DNA of 63,506 nt, the filler included, from Phoronis australis (Eukaryota > Animalia > Phoronida), in NCBI GenBank assembly GCA_002633005.1. It is 8 parts of 8 records of this genome, joined end to end, with 100 filler letters (N's around TTAATTAATTAA, not from the genome) between each part and the next. Parts side by side here need not be neighbours in the genome. Positions count along the whole stretch, not along the records: positions 38,211 to 43,424 come from NMRA01002387.1; positions 43,525 to 45,985 come from NMRA01003660.1; positions 46,086 to 58,134 come from NMRA01001663.1; 5 more parts are not named here. The stretch is one strand, 5' to 3'. Both the position numbers and the translations under genes were made by a program. Every line of letters begins with the position of its first letter. Positions within the stretch are counted from its first letter, which is position 1. This document shows positions 40,557 to 53,508 of this stretch, one piece after another. A model generated the notes under the pieces. It was not told the DNA's origin and did no database searches. It saw only the letters and a list, made by a program, of their open reading frames with translations.

Positions 40557-40643
40557 CTGCGTGTTGCCACGGGGCATCTGACCCAGACCCTTTTGGTCCA
40601 ATCAAACGAGCTAATGCTTCTGGTCCTTCGCTTATACTGGGAC
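40557..40643 (-). CDS. ANKS3: ANKS3 exon
   Basis: CTTGCAG|...|GTAATA, 87 nt, phase 1-1; GPSISEGPEALARLIG matches ANKS3 GVSIHEGPRALARITG. Confidence 0.85.
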
Positions 40644-41865
40644 CTGCAAGGACCAGATAATGCGTTAAGAGTTTTGTGGCCGGTTCCATGAAACAGTCCC
40701 AAATAAGGACTCAACTAAGGTCCCTAAGTCTTTCTGCGTATTTGTGTCTTTAAGGACTAAACAGATGTAATACCTTTCTACCATTTCATCTTGACTGATC
40801 TCTTTTATTCAAGACATAAATATACCTAAAAACTGAGCCCAGAGTTCATTGAAAATAAATAGGGACTCAGTCCTTGAACTGGGGGTGTTGCATGAAAAGA
40901 TCCCTAATTATTTTCGATAATATTGATAATTCAACGTAGAGTTCACTCTCGATTTGTATCAAAGTCAAAAGTTGCCTTAGTAATAAAACTAAAATGATAC
41001 AAGAAAGGGCAATCAATGTTTTCACAAGTTCAAAAATATGCAGATTTTGGGAACATGGTTGAATCTCTATTTGGGTCTGCAACCGGGCACTGATTAACAT
41101 GGACAGAAAATTACTTTTGCTTGATCAAGATTCATGTTTTATCGCAGCCTACTGACAGAGGCATGTTTTATATGTAAGGAAAGTGACAGTCCGTGCAACA
41201 CAAGATCTTGCAAGAGTTTCACCAGCCAGATTGAGGCATTCATTGCAATTCGTTAATACTTTTTCGCACGAATGGTACAGAGGCAGTGCTCAGAAATCTG
41301 GAGGAAGACAAGGGCCAATCAGATGCTCAGTGAAGTGAAACATATGCCAACAGTGCAAAGCCATCCCCCAGCTGTGCAGGTGCTGTCTAAATATACTTGA
41401 ACAGAACTGTAGCTAAGCTGTAAGCAACATGGCCGATAAAGTGTCTCATTGCCAGTGAACGCACCCTTCTGTCAAGTTACTTAAGTCCAGTAAATGACCA
41501 TCACATGATAATTCAGGGCTCAGTTTGGTGATCTGCAGGTCACTAATGTGACCTTAGGTTTTGTTTGCGACCAAGTAAAAATCCCAAGTCACCACGCACA
41601 CATCTGAGCATGTACTTAACGTACTAATGTGGAATCCTATCATGGCATGCAACATAATGACACCGATTTTATAAGTCTTGGAGTAGAAAGCATAATCATT
41701 GATTTTTAGCCAACTAAACAGGACAAAATACAGCTTCAATTGATCAAAAACGCCTTCAAAAAGGGCAACAATCACCGTTGAGAATCTGATATTAACAAAC
41801 ATCTTCAAGATTCACACAAATGCCACGGTGACTAACTGAAAGAAAAAGAGAATGAAAAGCTTCAC

Positions 41866-41958
41866 CTTTGTTCTTAACTCTGCCTGGTCTTGAATGATGA
41901 TGATAGGGAGGTCGAAAAGACTCATCTGAGGAACTTAGATCTCCGTCAGTAACCAAAC
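41866..41958 (-). CDS. ANKS3: ANKS3 exon
   Basis: CTCTAG|...|GTGAAG, 93 nt, phase 1-1; contains the DLSSSDES motif of ANKS3. Confidence 0.85.
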
Positions 41959-42004
41959 CTAGAGCACAAAGTGATGGACAGGTTGACCTTGATGAGGACC
42001 AGAT

Positions 42005-42252
42005 CAAGTACTGTTCTCACTAAAGAGGTCAACCTCACTTTGGATAATATACCTCAAGTACTGTTCTCACTGAAGAGGCCATCCTCACTTTAAACAATAT
42101 ACTTAGTGAACTGTTCTCACCAAAGAGGGCACTCTCACTTTCGACAATATATCCCAAGAACTGATCTCACTGAAGAGGTCACCCTCACTTCAGGTAAAAC
42201 ATTTCAAGTTAACTGTTCTCACTGAAGAGTTCACCCTGATTTTCAATAATAT
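42005..42252. repeat. Intronic minisatellite, ~51-bp unit x5
   Basis: ACTGTTCTCACTGAAGAGGTCACCCTCACTTT-like units every ~51 bp. Confidence 0.85.
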
Positions 42253-42667
42253 AACAAAGAATAGATAATGGCAATTCTTCACCTACTAAGTACACAATAC
42301 AGCAAACAAGTGAAACCCTAAACAAAACAAAACATAAATAAAATTTTAATTGATACAACGTACAAGTCACACAACAACACACAGCAAAGCTTTCACAATT
42401 TGCACCAAGGTTGTCAACTTTTGAAAATTAGGAAATCAAAAAATTATTAGTTTTTGTGAAATAAGTGAATAATTACCACCGATACATAATTGTAAGACAG
42501 GATAAATTATTATTAAAGTTGCAAGCTATTTGCATATAAGGTCTAAAAATATCAACGGTATTGTTCAACAAAGAAAGCAGCCAGTGTGAAAATTATAGTT
42601 CCTGGGGGCAACAACATGCTTTTCTAATCTTTGGAAATTCTAGTTTTGTGTTCAACCTTTCACTCAC

Positions 42668-42800
42668 CAGGTTCTGACCTAAGGGAGATCCCTTGTCTGA
42701 GGTGATTGTCAATGAGGCCAACGATCTTTGTGAAGCCTGACAAGAGGGCCAGGCAGCGGGCAGTATTGTTATCCTTTCCCCGCACATGGACATTGGAGCC
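42668..42800 (-). CDS. ANKS3: ANKS3 exon (last ankyrin repeat)
   Basis: CCTTTCAG|...|GTGAGT, 133 nt, phase 0-1; GSNVHVRGKDNNTARCLALLSGFTKIVGLIDNH is an ankyrin repeat; in phase with the four downstream exons. Confidence 0.85.
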
Positions 42801-44254
42801 CTGAAAGGCAATCAATAAAGGTTGGTCCCTTCATGAATGAGATAGGCGTAATACACTGCAAGGAAGGCTTCTGTGGCCTTTTGTTTAACATCCATTTAAT
42901 GTATCATTTCTGATTCAGAAGTTCAAAGCTCACTTCTAACTTTTGAATGAACACGTCGAGACAAACATTAAAGCAACCAGTGGATAAAGTTAAGACTGAG
43001 CCAGGATTAAATCTCTGATCTCAGGCTTCAAACTTAAAGCAGTAATTCTCAATATTTATGTTTTCTGTCCAAAAAGTTTTGATTTCGGCTTCTTACCGTC
43101 ATAAATTTGGTCCAAATCAAAGCGGGCGTAAGTTCTGGGCTTGAACAGAAATGACAGTTGGGGTCGAGCTCATAAAATTTCAGGTCACAGCGAGCCCATA
43201 ATCACTTTTAAACTGAGTAATGAACAAAACACGACCGCTGTAAGAGGCTTCCACCAAAAGTTGTATTTTTTAAGCACAAGTTAAATGATGTTTCAGTAAC
43301 CAATCAGCCTTAAGCACAGATTTGTGAGCTTACTCGACGTGCACCAAACAATCGGTCAACTTTCCAGTCCAGTTTCAACTACAGGAATTTGTCCACGCCC
43401 TTGAGCGACTTTGATACAAAAAAANNNNNNNNNNNNNNNNNNNNNNNNNNNNNNNNNNNNNNNNNNNNTTAATTAATTAANNNNNNNNNNNNNNNNNNNN
43501 NNNNNNNNNNNNNNNNNNNNNNNNTAGACCCTGGGATCTCGATCACATGGAAAAGTTTTTGTTTAAACGTATGTCGATTATGGGAACCTAAAAGCCTGGT
43601 GAGTTTCCCCAAGACAAAAAAATCCCAGTATTCCCCTGCACCGTTTACCACGTCACCGTATTATGCTCTAGAATCTAAGAAAAGTCTCGTTGACAATTCA
43701 TATCCTGGATTTTGAGACGCTTTAAAGTTAAGTTTACAAAGCCAAAGTGCATCTCTCTATGGCATCTACAATAACACTCAACATGTTAGGTAGTTATGTT
43801 TGGTAGCATTTTTCATCAAGAAATTGTCCATAAATGTTTTTCACACATTAGTAGAACTAATTTATATCCTTTATTGGCATGCGGCATTATATTTAGAAAA
43901 TCACACAACTCTTGAAAATTGTGTACAGAGTTTGCCCATTTCCATTCACCATAAATAACATCGTTGGGTGTCAGAAAACTCAACAAATTTACATAGTAGT
44001 GTATAACAGAAACTATAGATGTATTCCACATCCTCAATCTATCAAAGCATAGAACTAGTCAGGTTGTGATTATGAAATTATTTTATTGTCCCATGTGTGT
44101 GTAGTGCTTCACAGAAAATTGATGAGCACCAATGCAAGCTGACATAGTCCAAATATGTGGGTGGTTTCATTTTCCGTGAAGTGGCGTGTGCCTTCAGTGA
44201 ACTGAAACTACAGTGGATGTTCATCATTCCACCCAATCATATAAACAAGCTATA

Positions 44255-45866
44255 CCGTATTCGCCCTAATAACCGCCCAGGGCGCTTAGAAAAGTTTGTT
44301 TCAGCTGGGGCGCTTATTATAACCCAAAGCCGTTGAAACGCGGTCTCCGAAACGGGTGAAATCGGAAGCTAAGATTCATCATATTTACGCTCAGTGACAT
44401 ATCTGTAATCTATGAAAGACTTTCTACAAAACCGTGGTGTATTGCTATCAAACTTTGCTGCTAAAATTACGATCATTTTACAGAAAATTGTGCTGAAATC
44501 CCAGGGCGAAAACTCGAACCCAAGGCAGTTGAAACCCGGTCTCCAGAACGGGTGAAATCGGAAGCTAAGATTCATCAAATTTACGCTCTGTGACGTATCT
44601 GTAATCTATGAAAGACTTTCAACAAAACTGTGGTGCATTGCTATCAACCTTTGCTACTAAATTACGATCATTTTACAGAAAATTGTGCTGAAATCCCAGG
44701 GCGAAAACTCGCCTCGAAATCGCCGTCTTCGATAAAGCGACTTCAATGCTTGAATAAAAATAATTTCGACTCAAGCAAATTACCTGAAACCTTCATTAAG
44801 TTTTCTGACGTCTCTAAGATTTTTTTAAGTTCCCGTGGAGTCTGGATTAACAGCAGCTTTAAGTACAAATCTGTGCAACATCATGCCATCTACATGTATG
44901 ATCGGCAACATGGCGAGAAAAATGTCTGGACGAACACACGTTGTTGTCACGTGACGTTTGTTTTGAATTTGTCTGCGTTTGTGAGTAAGCGAGCGCGTGC
45001 GTGTCACCAGAGTTCATTTGCCAAAGCAGAGACTGTCTTTTGGCCAGAGCCACGCAATCTAACGAGCTAGATGTGCATTAATTGTGTCTAAAGAAATTTG
45101 CACAAGCAGTAGACCTAAACCAGAACGTGTTTCATTCAGCACTTGCCTGTCTCATGTGCTAAAAATGTTCGACATTTGTTTCGGTAAGCCCATATTAGTC
45201 ACCGTGTAGCTAGATGCGTACGTAACTATCTGACAGTTACTTTTCGGTGTAATGGTGTGTAAGCATTCACTGTCAGTTGTCATTTTATCAGATATTCGGC
45301 TTAAAAACACCAATTATGGTTAATCAAACAATCTATCTCAAAAATAACAGAAACATGTTTCATAGTATTAGAAATTGTCGGAAGTTAGTGCCAATATTCA
45401 TTTCTTACCGATGCTATGCTACCCGTTTCATTAATGGATAGTTCCCAAGTAATGTCTTTGAAGACAGGTTCATATATGTAGCGCGCGCTTCCTGGCCACA
45501 TGCGTTTAACACCGAGTTCTTTTTATTCATGAGACAGTCGATGTGTCTGTACTGAAAGGTCAAACCATAGTAGGACACGGTCGTCGCGAGAGTAGCAACG
45601 CTGTTGCGTTCTTTTTGAAGCACTGCGTTACTTTGAAGTGTATAGTCACGGCTAAATACAAACGTAGCAGTGCTGCTGGTGGTCTAGAAGACCCGTGCAA
45701 AAATTTTTTGATTAATTGAAAACGTTACTGTAGCCGAGTTTTAGGACTGTAGGTACGTCATTGTTCGCATGTACACGTTCTTGGACTGGGCGCTTACTTC
45801 AGCAAAGTCTGAAAACGCGTGGCGGGGCGCTTATAGGGGCATGGGCAGTTGTTATGGCAAATACGG
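44255..45866. mobile_element. Non-autonomous Tc1/mariner-pogo-like DNA transposon
   Basis: TA|CCGTATTCGCCCTAATAACCGCCCA ... TGGGCAGTTGTTATGGCAAATACGG|TA; subterminal GGGCGCTTA motifs; internal ~196-bp tandem duplication at 44321-44711. Confidence 0.8.
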
Positions 45867-46649
45867 TATGTCAGAAGTTTTTCTTACTGCCACTTGTGCC
45901 TAGTTTTGGGGGACAAGGTAAGCAGTCAATGGAATTCAACTCCCCCTGGTGATATCAGATACAACTAATGGGGAAGAGTAGTTGGNNNNNNNNNNNNNNN
46001 NNNNNNNNNNNNNNNNNNNNNNNNNNNNNTTAATTAATTAANNNNNNNNNNNNNNNNNNNNNNNNNNNNNNNNNNNNNNNNNNNNACGAATAAAAGAATT
46101 ATGCTGTACGTAGAATCACCTGTGTTTCTCTCGATTGTTCGCTGACACTGCGCCAGAACACAGACAGTTTCCTCCCTTAAAAATATTAGGTTAAAAGGGT
46201 ATTTATTACAAATACATTTGTTTTGAATGAAATGTTAGCTTTTGTGTAGTGTCCGTACCCTATATTATAACATTTGCCTATTTGCAAAGAATGACACACA
46301 GATATAAACATGTATGCTGTACTCTTTATGCTTTGTTTTTCACCAAACGTGGCCACCGAATGTCGACCTTGATTGTGATTTGCTCGAAGGTTATTGTCGA
46401 GCCCTGTACTAGGTGTACTCCTAGTCTTTTGAATGCCAATAACATTTAAAGCGTTCCCAACAGGACGTTACTTGCTCAAAAGGAAAATACTTTAATGCTA
46501 TCCTTATATCCTCTTTCCTTTCTTCATGCAGTTCTTGTTAAATACTATTTGCATTTTCTAACCTGATGTGTTTGGAAGTGGTTTTCTAGTTGGCCAAGGT
46601 TTATTATGCAACTAACATCAAGAATCTACAATCGATGAAATGTAAACAT

Positions 46650-47172
46650 TTTATGCACTCGCATACCTGTATTTATATGTGGGCACATTATGCAATCATC
46701 ACTGTCTGTCCAGCGTATGTTGCTCTAAAAAATCCTCAGATGTAGATTCCTGAAATTTTGCAGGTTTTCATTCATAGATGGGAAGGCATGAGCGAAGTTT
46801 TAGGCGGATCCGACTGCCGTTGTGCCCCCTAGTGACACTTTTAGTTCGTTTCATTTACCTCTGTATCTTCAAAGGTCCCGAGCGAATTTTCATAAAATTT
46901 GGTAGATTGGCTCCGTAAGTGAGATGAAGTTATTTACCCACTTTTGGATGGATTAGATGTATTTCGCACCACCGAATGTCTAGTGTCCATTTTTATTGTT
47001 TTCGGTATAGTTTTCTTATAATTTGGGAGACTGCGACATTTTCCCACTTTGGGATGTGTTCAGTTTTTTTCTGTGCTGTCTAATGGCCATTTTATAGTTC
47101 TAATAAACACCTCTAAAAACCTACAATTTGCGGTAATAGTGGGCACATTTCAATGCTCCACGTTGCTGTTGT
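46650..47172. mobile_element. Helentron/HINE-like non-autonomous element
   Basis: Starts TTTTATGCAC; GTGGGCACATT occurs near both ends (~46679, ~47139); short 3' hairpin; internal GGATCCGAC..GCCCCCTAGTG shared with ~32385. Confidence 0.45.
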
Positions 47173-47254
47173 TTGTATCATTATTTTACAGAATATTTTT
47201 TTCTATGTTGTATTACTGTGACCTATGCTGACATGACATGTAAATTACTATGTT

Positions 47255-47617
47255 GCCTGGCCTCTAATGGCAATTTCTCTGCTCCTTTTGAGCAAACTCA
47301 GGATAAGAGGTTATCACTCTGTGCTCGAATACATTATAGTTGATGCAGTTTCTAGTCCAAGTTTGCTCTTGAAGACCCTTATATTTGTACTACAAACTCG
47401 AGTAAAAACTCTAAAATTCCAGTTCAAACTCGAACTTTTAGCCTTTATGTTGGGTTTATCAACTACAAACTAGGACTAATAAATTATCTGCTTAATAAGT
47501 CATTATGTATACACGCATAGAATAATAGACACTTATCTTAAGTTTGCACAAACGTAGAGTAGAAAATGCCAAACATAATTTCAAGTCCATTTCAAGTAAA
47601 AAGATTAGAGACTGGGC
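47255..47617. mobile_element. Second, more diverged copy of the 13152 MITE
   Basis: Colinear with 13152-13559 (GGCAATTTCTCTGCTCCTTTTG ... GTAAAAAGATTAGAGACTGGGC). Confidence 0.75.
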
Positions 47618-47681
47618 AAATGGTTTGTTTCCTTAAAGTATGCTTTCATCACTGTCCATTTTCAGATCCAGTTGACATAGC

Positions 47682-48528
47682 TGTTGTGTTTATGTTTATG
47701 TTAGAATCGGGCATGTGACTACAGCTGATGGGATTAGTGCAGTGTGTGGGTTGATGGCTCTAGGAAACATGGCTTATTATGTAATAGTGTTACTCATATA
47801 GTTCCGTTCAGCAGTTGTAGTGAGTTCTATGTATAATTGGATATATTCCAAGAAATAACCTTTAAATATGGCAATGTTCATAGTACAGCTATTCACTGAC
47901 AAGAGAATTCGGTGACAAATTTGGTAAGGGCAAGTAAAATCATGAAAGGTGACTAGATTAGTCATAGGGTTAGAATCATATAAATTCTGAATGAGAAGGC
48001 ATTTTATAGCAGTTCAGAACGGAGATGTAAACGGGTTAAGACGTAGTGAAGCAGTTTATGAAGTTAAAACCGATGTAGCAGGACTTTGATTCCTCCACAG
48101 AAGTAAGTAGTTATTTACTATTATTCGTATTGTAATGTTTAAGTAAAATAAGGTTTATTTAGAATTATTGTCAAATAGAAAGCTCAGAAATATGTTTGTC
48201 TATTATGAAAAATAGAGTGAATAAGAAATAACGAAAGTTTAAATAGTTTAATACAAGTATGTTTGAATATGATGCAGTTATCATGGAAGTTAGATCAGTA
48301 ATGTGTTTAGATTTACCAAAATAATAAGCTAGGAATCTTATTACGGTAATTAAATTTTATATCGGAATTATAAATAGCGTTTGACAAGTAATTGTTATTT
48401 AGATTAATTAGTTTCTAATGTTTTGTAATTTGTTGTTTACAGATCGAATAAAATATACTATCATTTATATGATTTAAAGAGGAATCCTAGTTCTCATTGG
48501 TTTCGGCCTTGAGCCTGTCAGCGGTACA
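47682..48528 (+). repeat. 5' LTR (847 bp)
   Basis: TGTTGTG...GCGGTACA; TATAAA at 47979, Inr-like CAGTT at ~48010, AATAAA at 48447; matches 52900-53508. Confidence 0.9.
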
Positions 48529-48576
48529 CAGCATTCGATTTCTTGCGATAACGATTGTTACGGACGTGCCCTGACT

Positions 48577-51500
48577 ATGGAATTAGTGGAAACTGCCAGA
48601 CGCGCCAGGAGGTCGGCGAAATCAGCGTTCACTAGAGTCAGCAATACTCTAGCTGAATTAATTGGAAGTGACGTGGACAAAACAAAAGTACAGGAGTACT
48701 TTGATAAGTTGTCCGTGGCATATGATAATTTGACGGAAAAACATGAGGCATATGTTTGTCACCTTGACGACGATGACAAGTATGAAGAAGAGGAACAGTG
48801 GCTGGAAACGATGCACAGAGTATTTGTAGACCACGAAATACAAGTGTTCCAGCTATGCAGCATCAAGGAAGAAAACAACGGGACAACTGAGTCAACCGAC
48901 GAGACGACTGAGACCGATGAGACAACTGAGACCGGGGAGACAACAGAGACTGTGACCGGAGATACAGCAGCCGCTGCGACCGAAGTAATGGTGGCAACGA
49001 CCGGAGAGGTTACAGAAGCAGACGCAAGCAGTGTAAACGTTGTGACTGACAACAATAAACACTCAGTGTTTAAATTGGAAAAACATAGACTTCCGAAGTT
49101 TGGAGGTGATGTAAGAGAATATTTAAGTTTTAAGGATGATTTCCAATACATGGTTGGAAACAGATATAGCAAGAGGGATAGCATAGCAGTGTTAAGGAAC
49201 AGCTTGCAAGGTAAGCCTCTTGATTTAATTAAGGGCTTAGGTTCAGATTATGATGCTGCTTGGGCTTATTTAGATTCAGTGTACGGGGACCCACGTTATG
49301 TGGCTGATGTAGTTTTGCAAGATTTAAGTAAATTTAAAGGTTTACAGCCAGGCGAGGATAGCAGGTTTTGCGAATTAGTTCATTTAGTACGCAGAAGTTA
49401 TAATACTCTTAAATTAGTGGGGCGTCCATATGACATGGATAACAATCACATGTTAGCTATCATTGAGCAACGCATGTGTCATGAAGATCGAAGGTTGTGG
49501 GCCCGCGAGCTAGAGCGCGAAAAAGATGAGGCATCACTTTCTAGGCTCCTGGAATGGATGAGCGGCGAGATGAAGACTCGGATGCGTGCCTCAGCTGCGA
49601 TTAGAACGAGTACACAGAATGCAAAATCCCTTCATCATGTATCCACCACAAGTAGCGAGCGAACCCCAGCCCACAAGTGTTGGCTGTGCAAATCATCAAC
49701 ACACTGGCCAGACCAATGCCAACAATTGAAACAGCTAACGCCAGAACAGCGACTGGCAAAAGTTAGAGAAGAACATGTATGCTTCTGTTGCTTGAAGAAA
49801 ACAAGCAAAAGCCACTGGTCAACCAATTGTTCCCGACGAAGGCAATGCCCAGAGAAAGATGACGGCACCCAGTGCAAGTATCACCACCATCCGCTTTTGC
49901 ACACGCGCGTCAGTCAGAATGCACGACCAACAGGTGGCGTGTACGCAGCATCACAGAGTGGCGAAGTGCATGCGGCTTCACGAAGTGGCAAAGGTGATGT
50001 ACTTTTACCAATTCTCACGACACAAGTTTGTGGTCAGAAAGGGAATAGGGCCACTAATGTTTTAATAGATTCCGGAGCGCAGCTTAGCCTGATCACCACA
50101 GAATTAGCAAAAGAGTTAGGTGTTGAGGGGAAAACTATTTCCATAGACATAACCAAGGTAGGAGGCGAGGTTGAACAGATGTCAACCAAAGTTTACCAGG
50201 TAAAGGTAAAATCAAGACTAGATGGCAGTCTGCATAGGATAAAGGCAATAGGTATCCCGAACATCAGCAACGCGACAGGAGAAGTTAGACTTGACGGGGT
50301 AGCACGAAAACTTGGAGTCAGTCCAAACCAGCTGACTAGAGAAGGCGGACCAATAGGCATTTTAATAGGAGTGGACCATCCTAGAGTACACGCAGGTCCC
50401 ATGACAGAAATTGGAAAGTTAGTAGCAAGGCAAACACCACTTGGATGGGTGGTGCTAGGGCCACTGGATGATGTAGTTAATAAATTACATGACAGTCAGA
50501 GGGTCTTACATGTACAAATCAGACAGGATGTAGGCATAGACATCACTGATTTTTGGAAAACTGAATCCATGGGTGTAGGCAACAAGTGCAATGATTGCGA
50601 TGCAGGGAAATTAAATAAGACAGAAGCTGACGAGGAAAAAATAATTCGAGATTCCAGCAAGAAGGTTGGAAATCAGTGGTTGATTCCTTACCCTTGGGTC
50701 AAGGACCCTAAGCAGTTACCAAACAACAGAGTACAAGCAGAGAAAAGATTGGCTTCAATTGAGAAAAGGCTGCAGCAGAAAAACATTGCGAAGGCATACG
50801 ATCAGCAGATGATGGAGATGGAACAAATGAAATTTAGCAGAAAACTCACACCGGAAGAAGTTAATTCTTACAAGGGACCAGTACACTACATAATGCATCA
50901 CCCTGTAGTGAGAATGGACAAGCCAAGTACCCCGGTAAGAATTGTTTTTAATTCATCTTCGTCATATGAAGGACACCGACTCAATGATTACTGGCTAAAA
51001 GGACCAGATTTGTTAAACGGTCTTTTTGGAGTAGTTTTGAGGTTCAGAGAAAACCAGGTTGCCATTGTGGGAGATGTGTCCAAGATGTACCACAGAATTC
51101 TAATTCCAGTAGAAGACCAGCATGTACACAGATTCTTGTGGAGAAATTTTGAGCAGCGAACACCAGATACCTATGTAAAAACGGTATTGACCTTTGGAGA
51201 TAAACCGGCACCAGCTATGGCACAGATAGCACTACGCAAGACAGCTGAAGAAAATGTTAAAAATTATCCAGAAGCAGCCAGAATATTGAAGATTAATACG
51301 TATATGGACGACATATGCGAATCGGCTAAGACTGAAAGCGAGGCACAGAGACTTAGCGAGGATCTGAATAAGGTACTCGCTACTGGAGGGTTTGCAGTAA
51401 AGGGATGGGCTTCCAACAGGAACCTACAATGCAACAAACAGGAAAACACACAGCTAAATTCCTTGCATGGAATAGAGAAAGTATTGGGAATTTCATGGAA

Positions 51501-52721
51501 CAAGAACACAGATGAACTGACGTTCAAAACAGCACTGCAAGCAATTGTAAGTGACAAAGTGAGGTTGACCAAGAGAAAGATACTTAGTCAAGTAGCGAGG
51601 ATATTTGATCCTATTGGGTTTGCAGTCATTATTAAAGCGAAGATAGGCATGCAGAAACTATGGCAGTTGGGCCTAGACTGGGATGAAGCTGTCCCACCAA
51701 CGATCAATGAAGAATGGTTAACTCTCTTTGAAGAATTGTTACGCTTAGGTAACAGATCCTTTCAAAGATGCCTGACGCCAGCAGATGCTATTGGATCACC
51801 TATGTTATGCATATTTTCTGATGCATCACAGGATGCATTTGGAGCATGTGCCTATGTGAGATGGAGGTTAAACGATAGGAGTTTCGGAGTAAGATTTATA
51901 GCAGCCAAGTCGAGAGTTGCACCTCTGAAGCAACTAACTATTCCAAGGCTTGAATTGCAGGCAGCAGTATTGGCTTCTCGTCTACGAAAGACAATTCAAG
52001 AAGAATCAAGATTTGCGTTTGAAGAAGTAAAGTACTTCGTCGACAGCCAGATAGTCTTAGCATGGATTCACAGTCCATCTAGAAGTTTAAAAGCTTTTGT
52101 TTCAGCTAGAGTTGGAGAAATACAGAGTCATTCAAATCCAGCTCAATGGAGATTTATTCCAGGGACAGANAGAAGAATCGAGATTTGCCTTTGAAGAAGT
52201 AAAGTACTTCGTCGACAGCCAGATAGTCTTAGCATGGATTCACAGTTCATCTAGAAGTTTCAAGGCTTTTGTTTCAGCTAGAGTTGGAGAAATACAGAGT
52301 CATTCAAATCCAGCTCAATGGAGATTTATTCCAGGGACAGAAAATGTTGCAGATGACATATCCCGTGGAATTTCGGTAGAACAACTGAATCAGATATGGC
52401 AAGAAGGCCCAGAGTTTCTGAAGAAATCTGAAGATGAATGGCCACAGAGCAAAGAAGATGGAAATGCTTTACAAGAAGATACACAAGAACGCCAGAAGGT
52501 TCACGTGATTCAAGAAGTAGAAAGAATTCAACTAGTTTTTGATTGTACAAGATTCTCCAATTGGCGTAAACTATTACGAGTTACAGCACTGGTTCTAAAG
52601 ATGCAAGAAAAAATACGCAGACGACGACAAGGCAATCGGCAAGATTTTACAATACTACCACTGTCTCCAGCGGACATTCTGAGAGCAGAGAATTACTGGG
52701 TCAGAGAAGCACAGAAAGAAC
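48577..52721 (+). CDS. BEL/Pao Gag-Pol polyprotein (Gag with CCHC knuckles, aspartic protease, RT, Pao RNase H); the apparent frameshift at n52170 is an assembly overlap
   Basis: LPKFGGDVREY; CWLCKSSTHWPDQC and CFCCLKKTSKSHWSTNC; LIDSGAQLSLI; RIVFNSS, GDVSKMYHRI, YMDD; FSDASQDAFG, AKSRVAP, TIPRLEL, NVADDISRG. Confidence 0.93.
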
Positions 52722-52899
52722 NNNNNNNNNNNNNNNNNNNNNNNNNNNNNNNNNNNNNNNNNNNNNNNNNNNNNNNNNNNNNNNNNNNNNNNNNNNNNNN
52801 NNNNNNNNNNNNNNNNNNNNNNNNNNNNNNNNNNNNNNNNNNNNNNNNNNNNNNNNNNNNNNNNNNNNNNNNNNNNNNNNNNNNNNNNNNNNNNNNNNN

Positions 52900-53508
52900 A
52901 ATTTGGTAAGGGCAAGTAAAATCATGAAAGTGACTAGATTAGTCATAGGGTTAGAATCATATAAATTCTGAATGAAAAGGCATTTTACAGCAGTTCAGAA
53001 CGGAGATGTAAACGGGTTAAGACGTAGTGAAGCAGTTTATGAAGATAAAACCGATGTAGCAGGACTTTGATTCCTCCACAGAAGTAAGTAGTTATTTACT
53101 ATTATCCGTATTGTAATTTTTAAGTAAAATAAGGTTTATTTAGAATTATTGTCAAATAGAAAGCTCAGAAATATGTTTGACTATTATAAAAATAGCGTGA
53201 ATAAGAAATGACGAAGTTTAAATAGTTTAATACAAGTATGTTTGAATATGATGCAGTTATCATGGAAATTAGATCAGTAATGTGTTTAGATTTACCAAAA
53301 TAATAAGCTAGGAATCTTATTACGGTAACTAACGTTTATATCGGAATTATAAATGGTGTTTGACAAGTAATTGTTATTTAGATTAATTAGTTTCTAATGT
53401 TTTGTAATTTGTTGTTTACAGATCGAATAAAATTATACTATCATTTATATGATTTAAAGAGGAATCCTAGTTCTCATTGGTTTCGGCCTTGAGCCTGTCA
53501 GCGGTACA
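52900..53508 (+). repeat. 3' LTR (5' part in the gap)
   Basis: Colinear with ~47918-48528, roughly 15-20 differences counted by eye over ~610 bp. Confidence 0.9.

Larger units (their letters stand above)
47682..53508 (+). mobile_element. BEL/Pao LTR retrotransposon (integrase region lost in the N gap 52722-52899)
   Basis: TG...CA ends; 5-bp TSD ATAGC at 47677-47681 and 53509-53513; near-identical LTRs; single gag-pol ORF. Confidence 0.95.

Noticed and set aside
51999-52341. 171-bp duplication and frameshift in Pol, suggesting programmed frameshifting
   Set aside because: The copies are joined at n52170; collapsing one restores a single frame. Assembly overlap.
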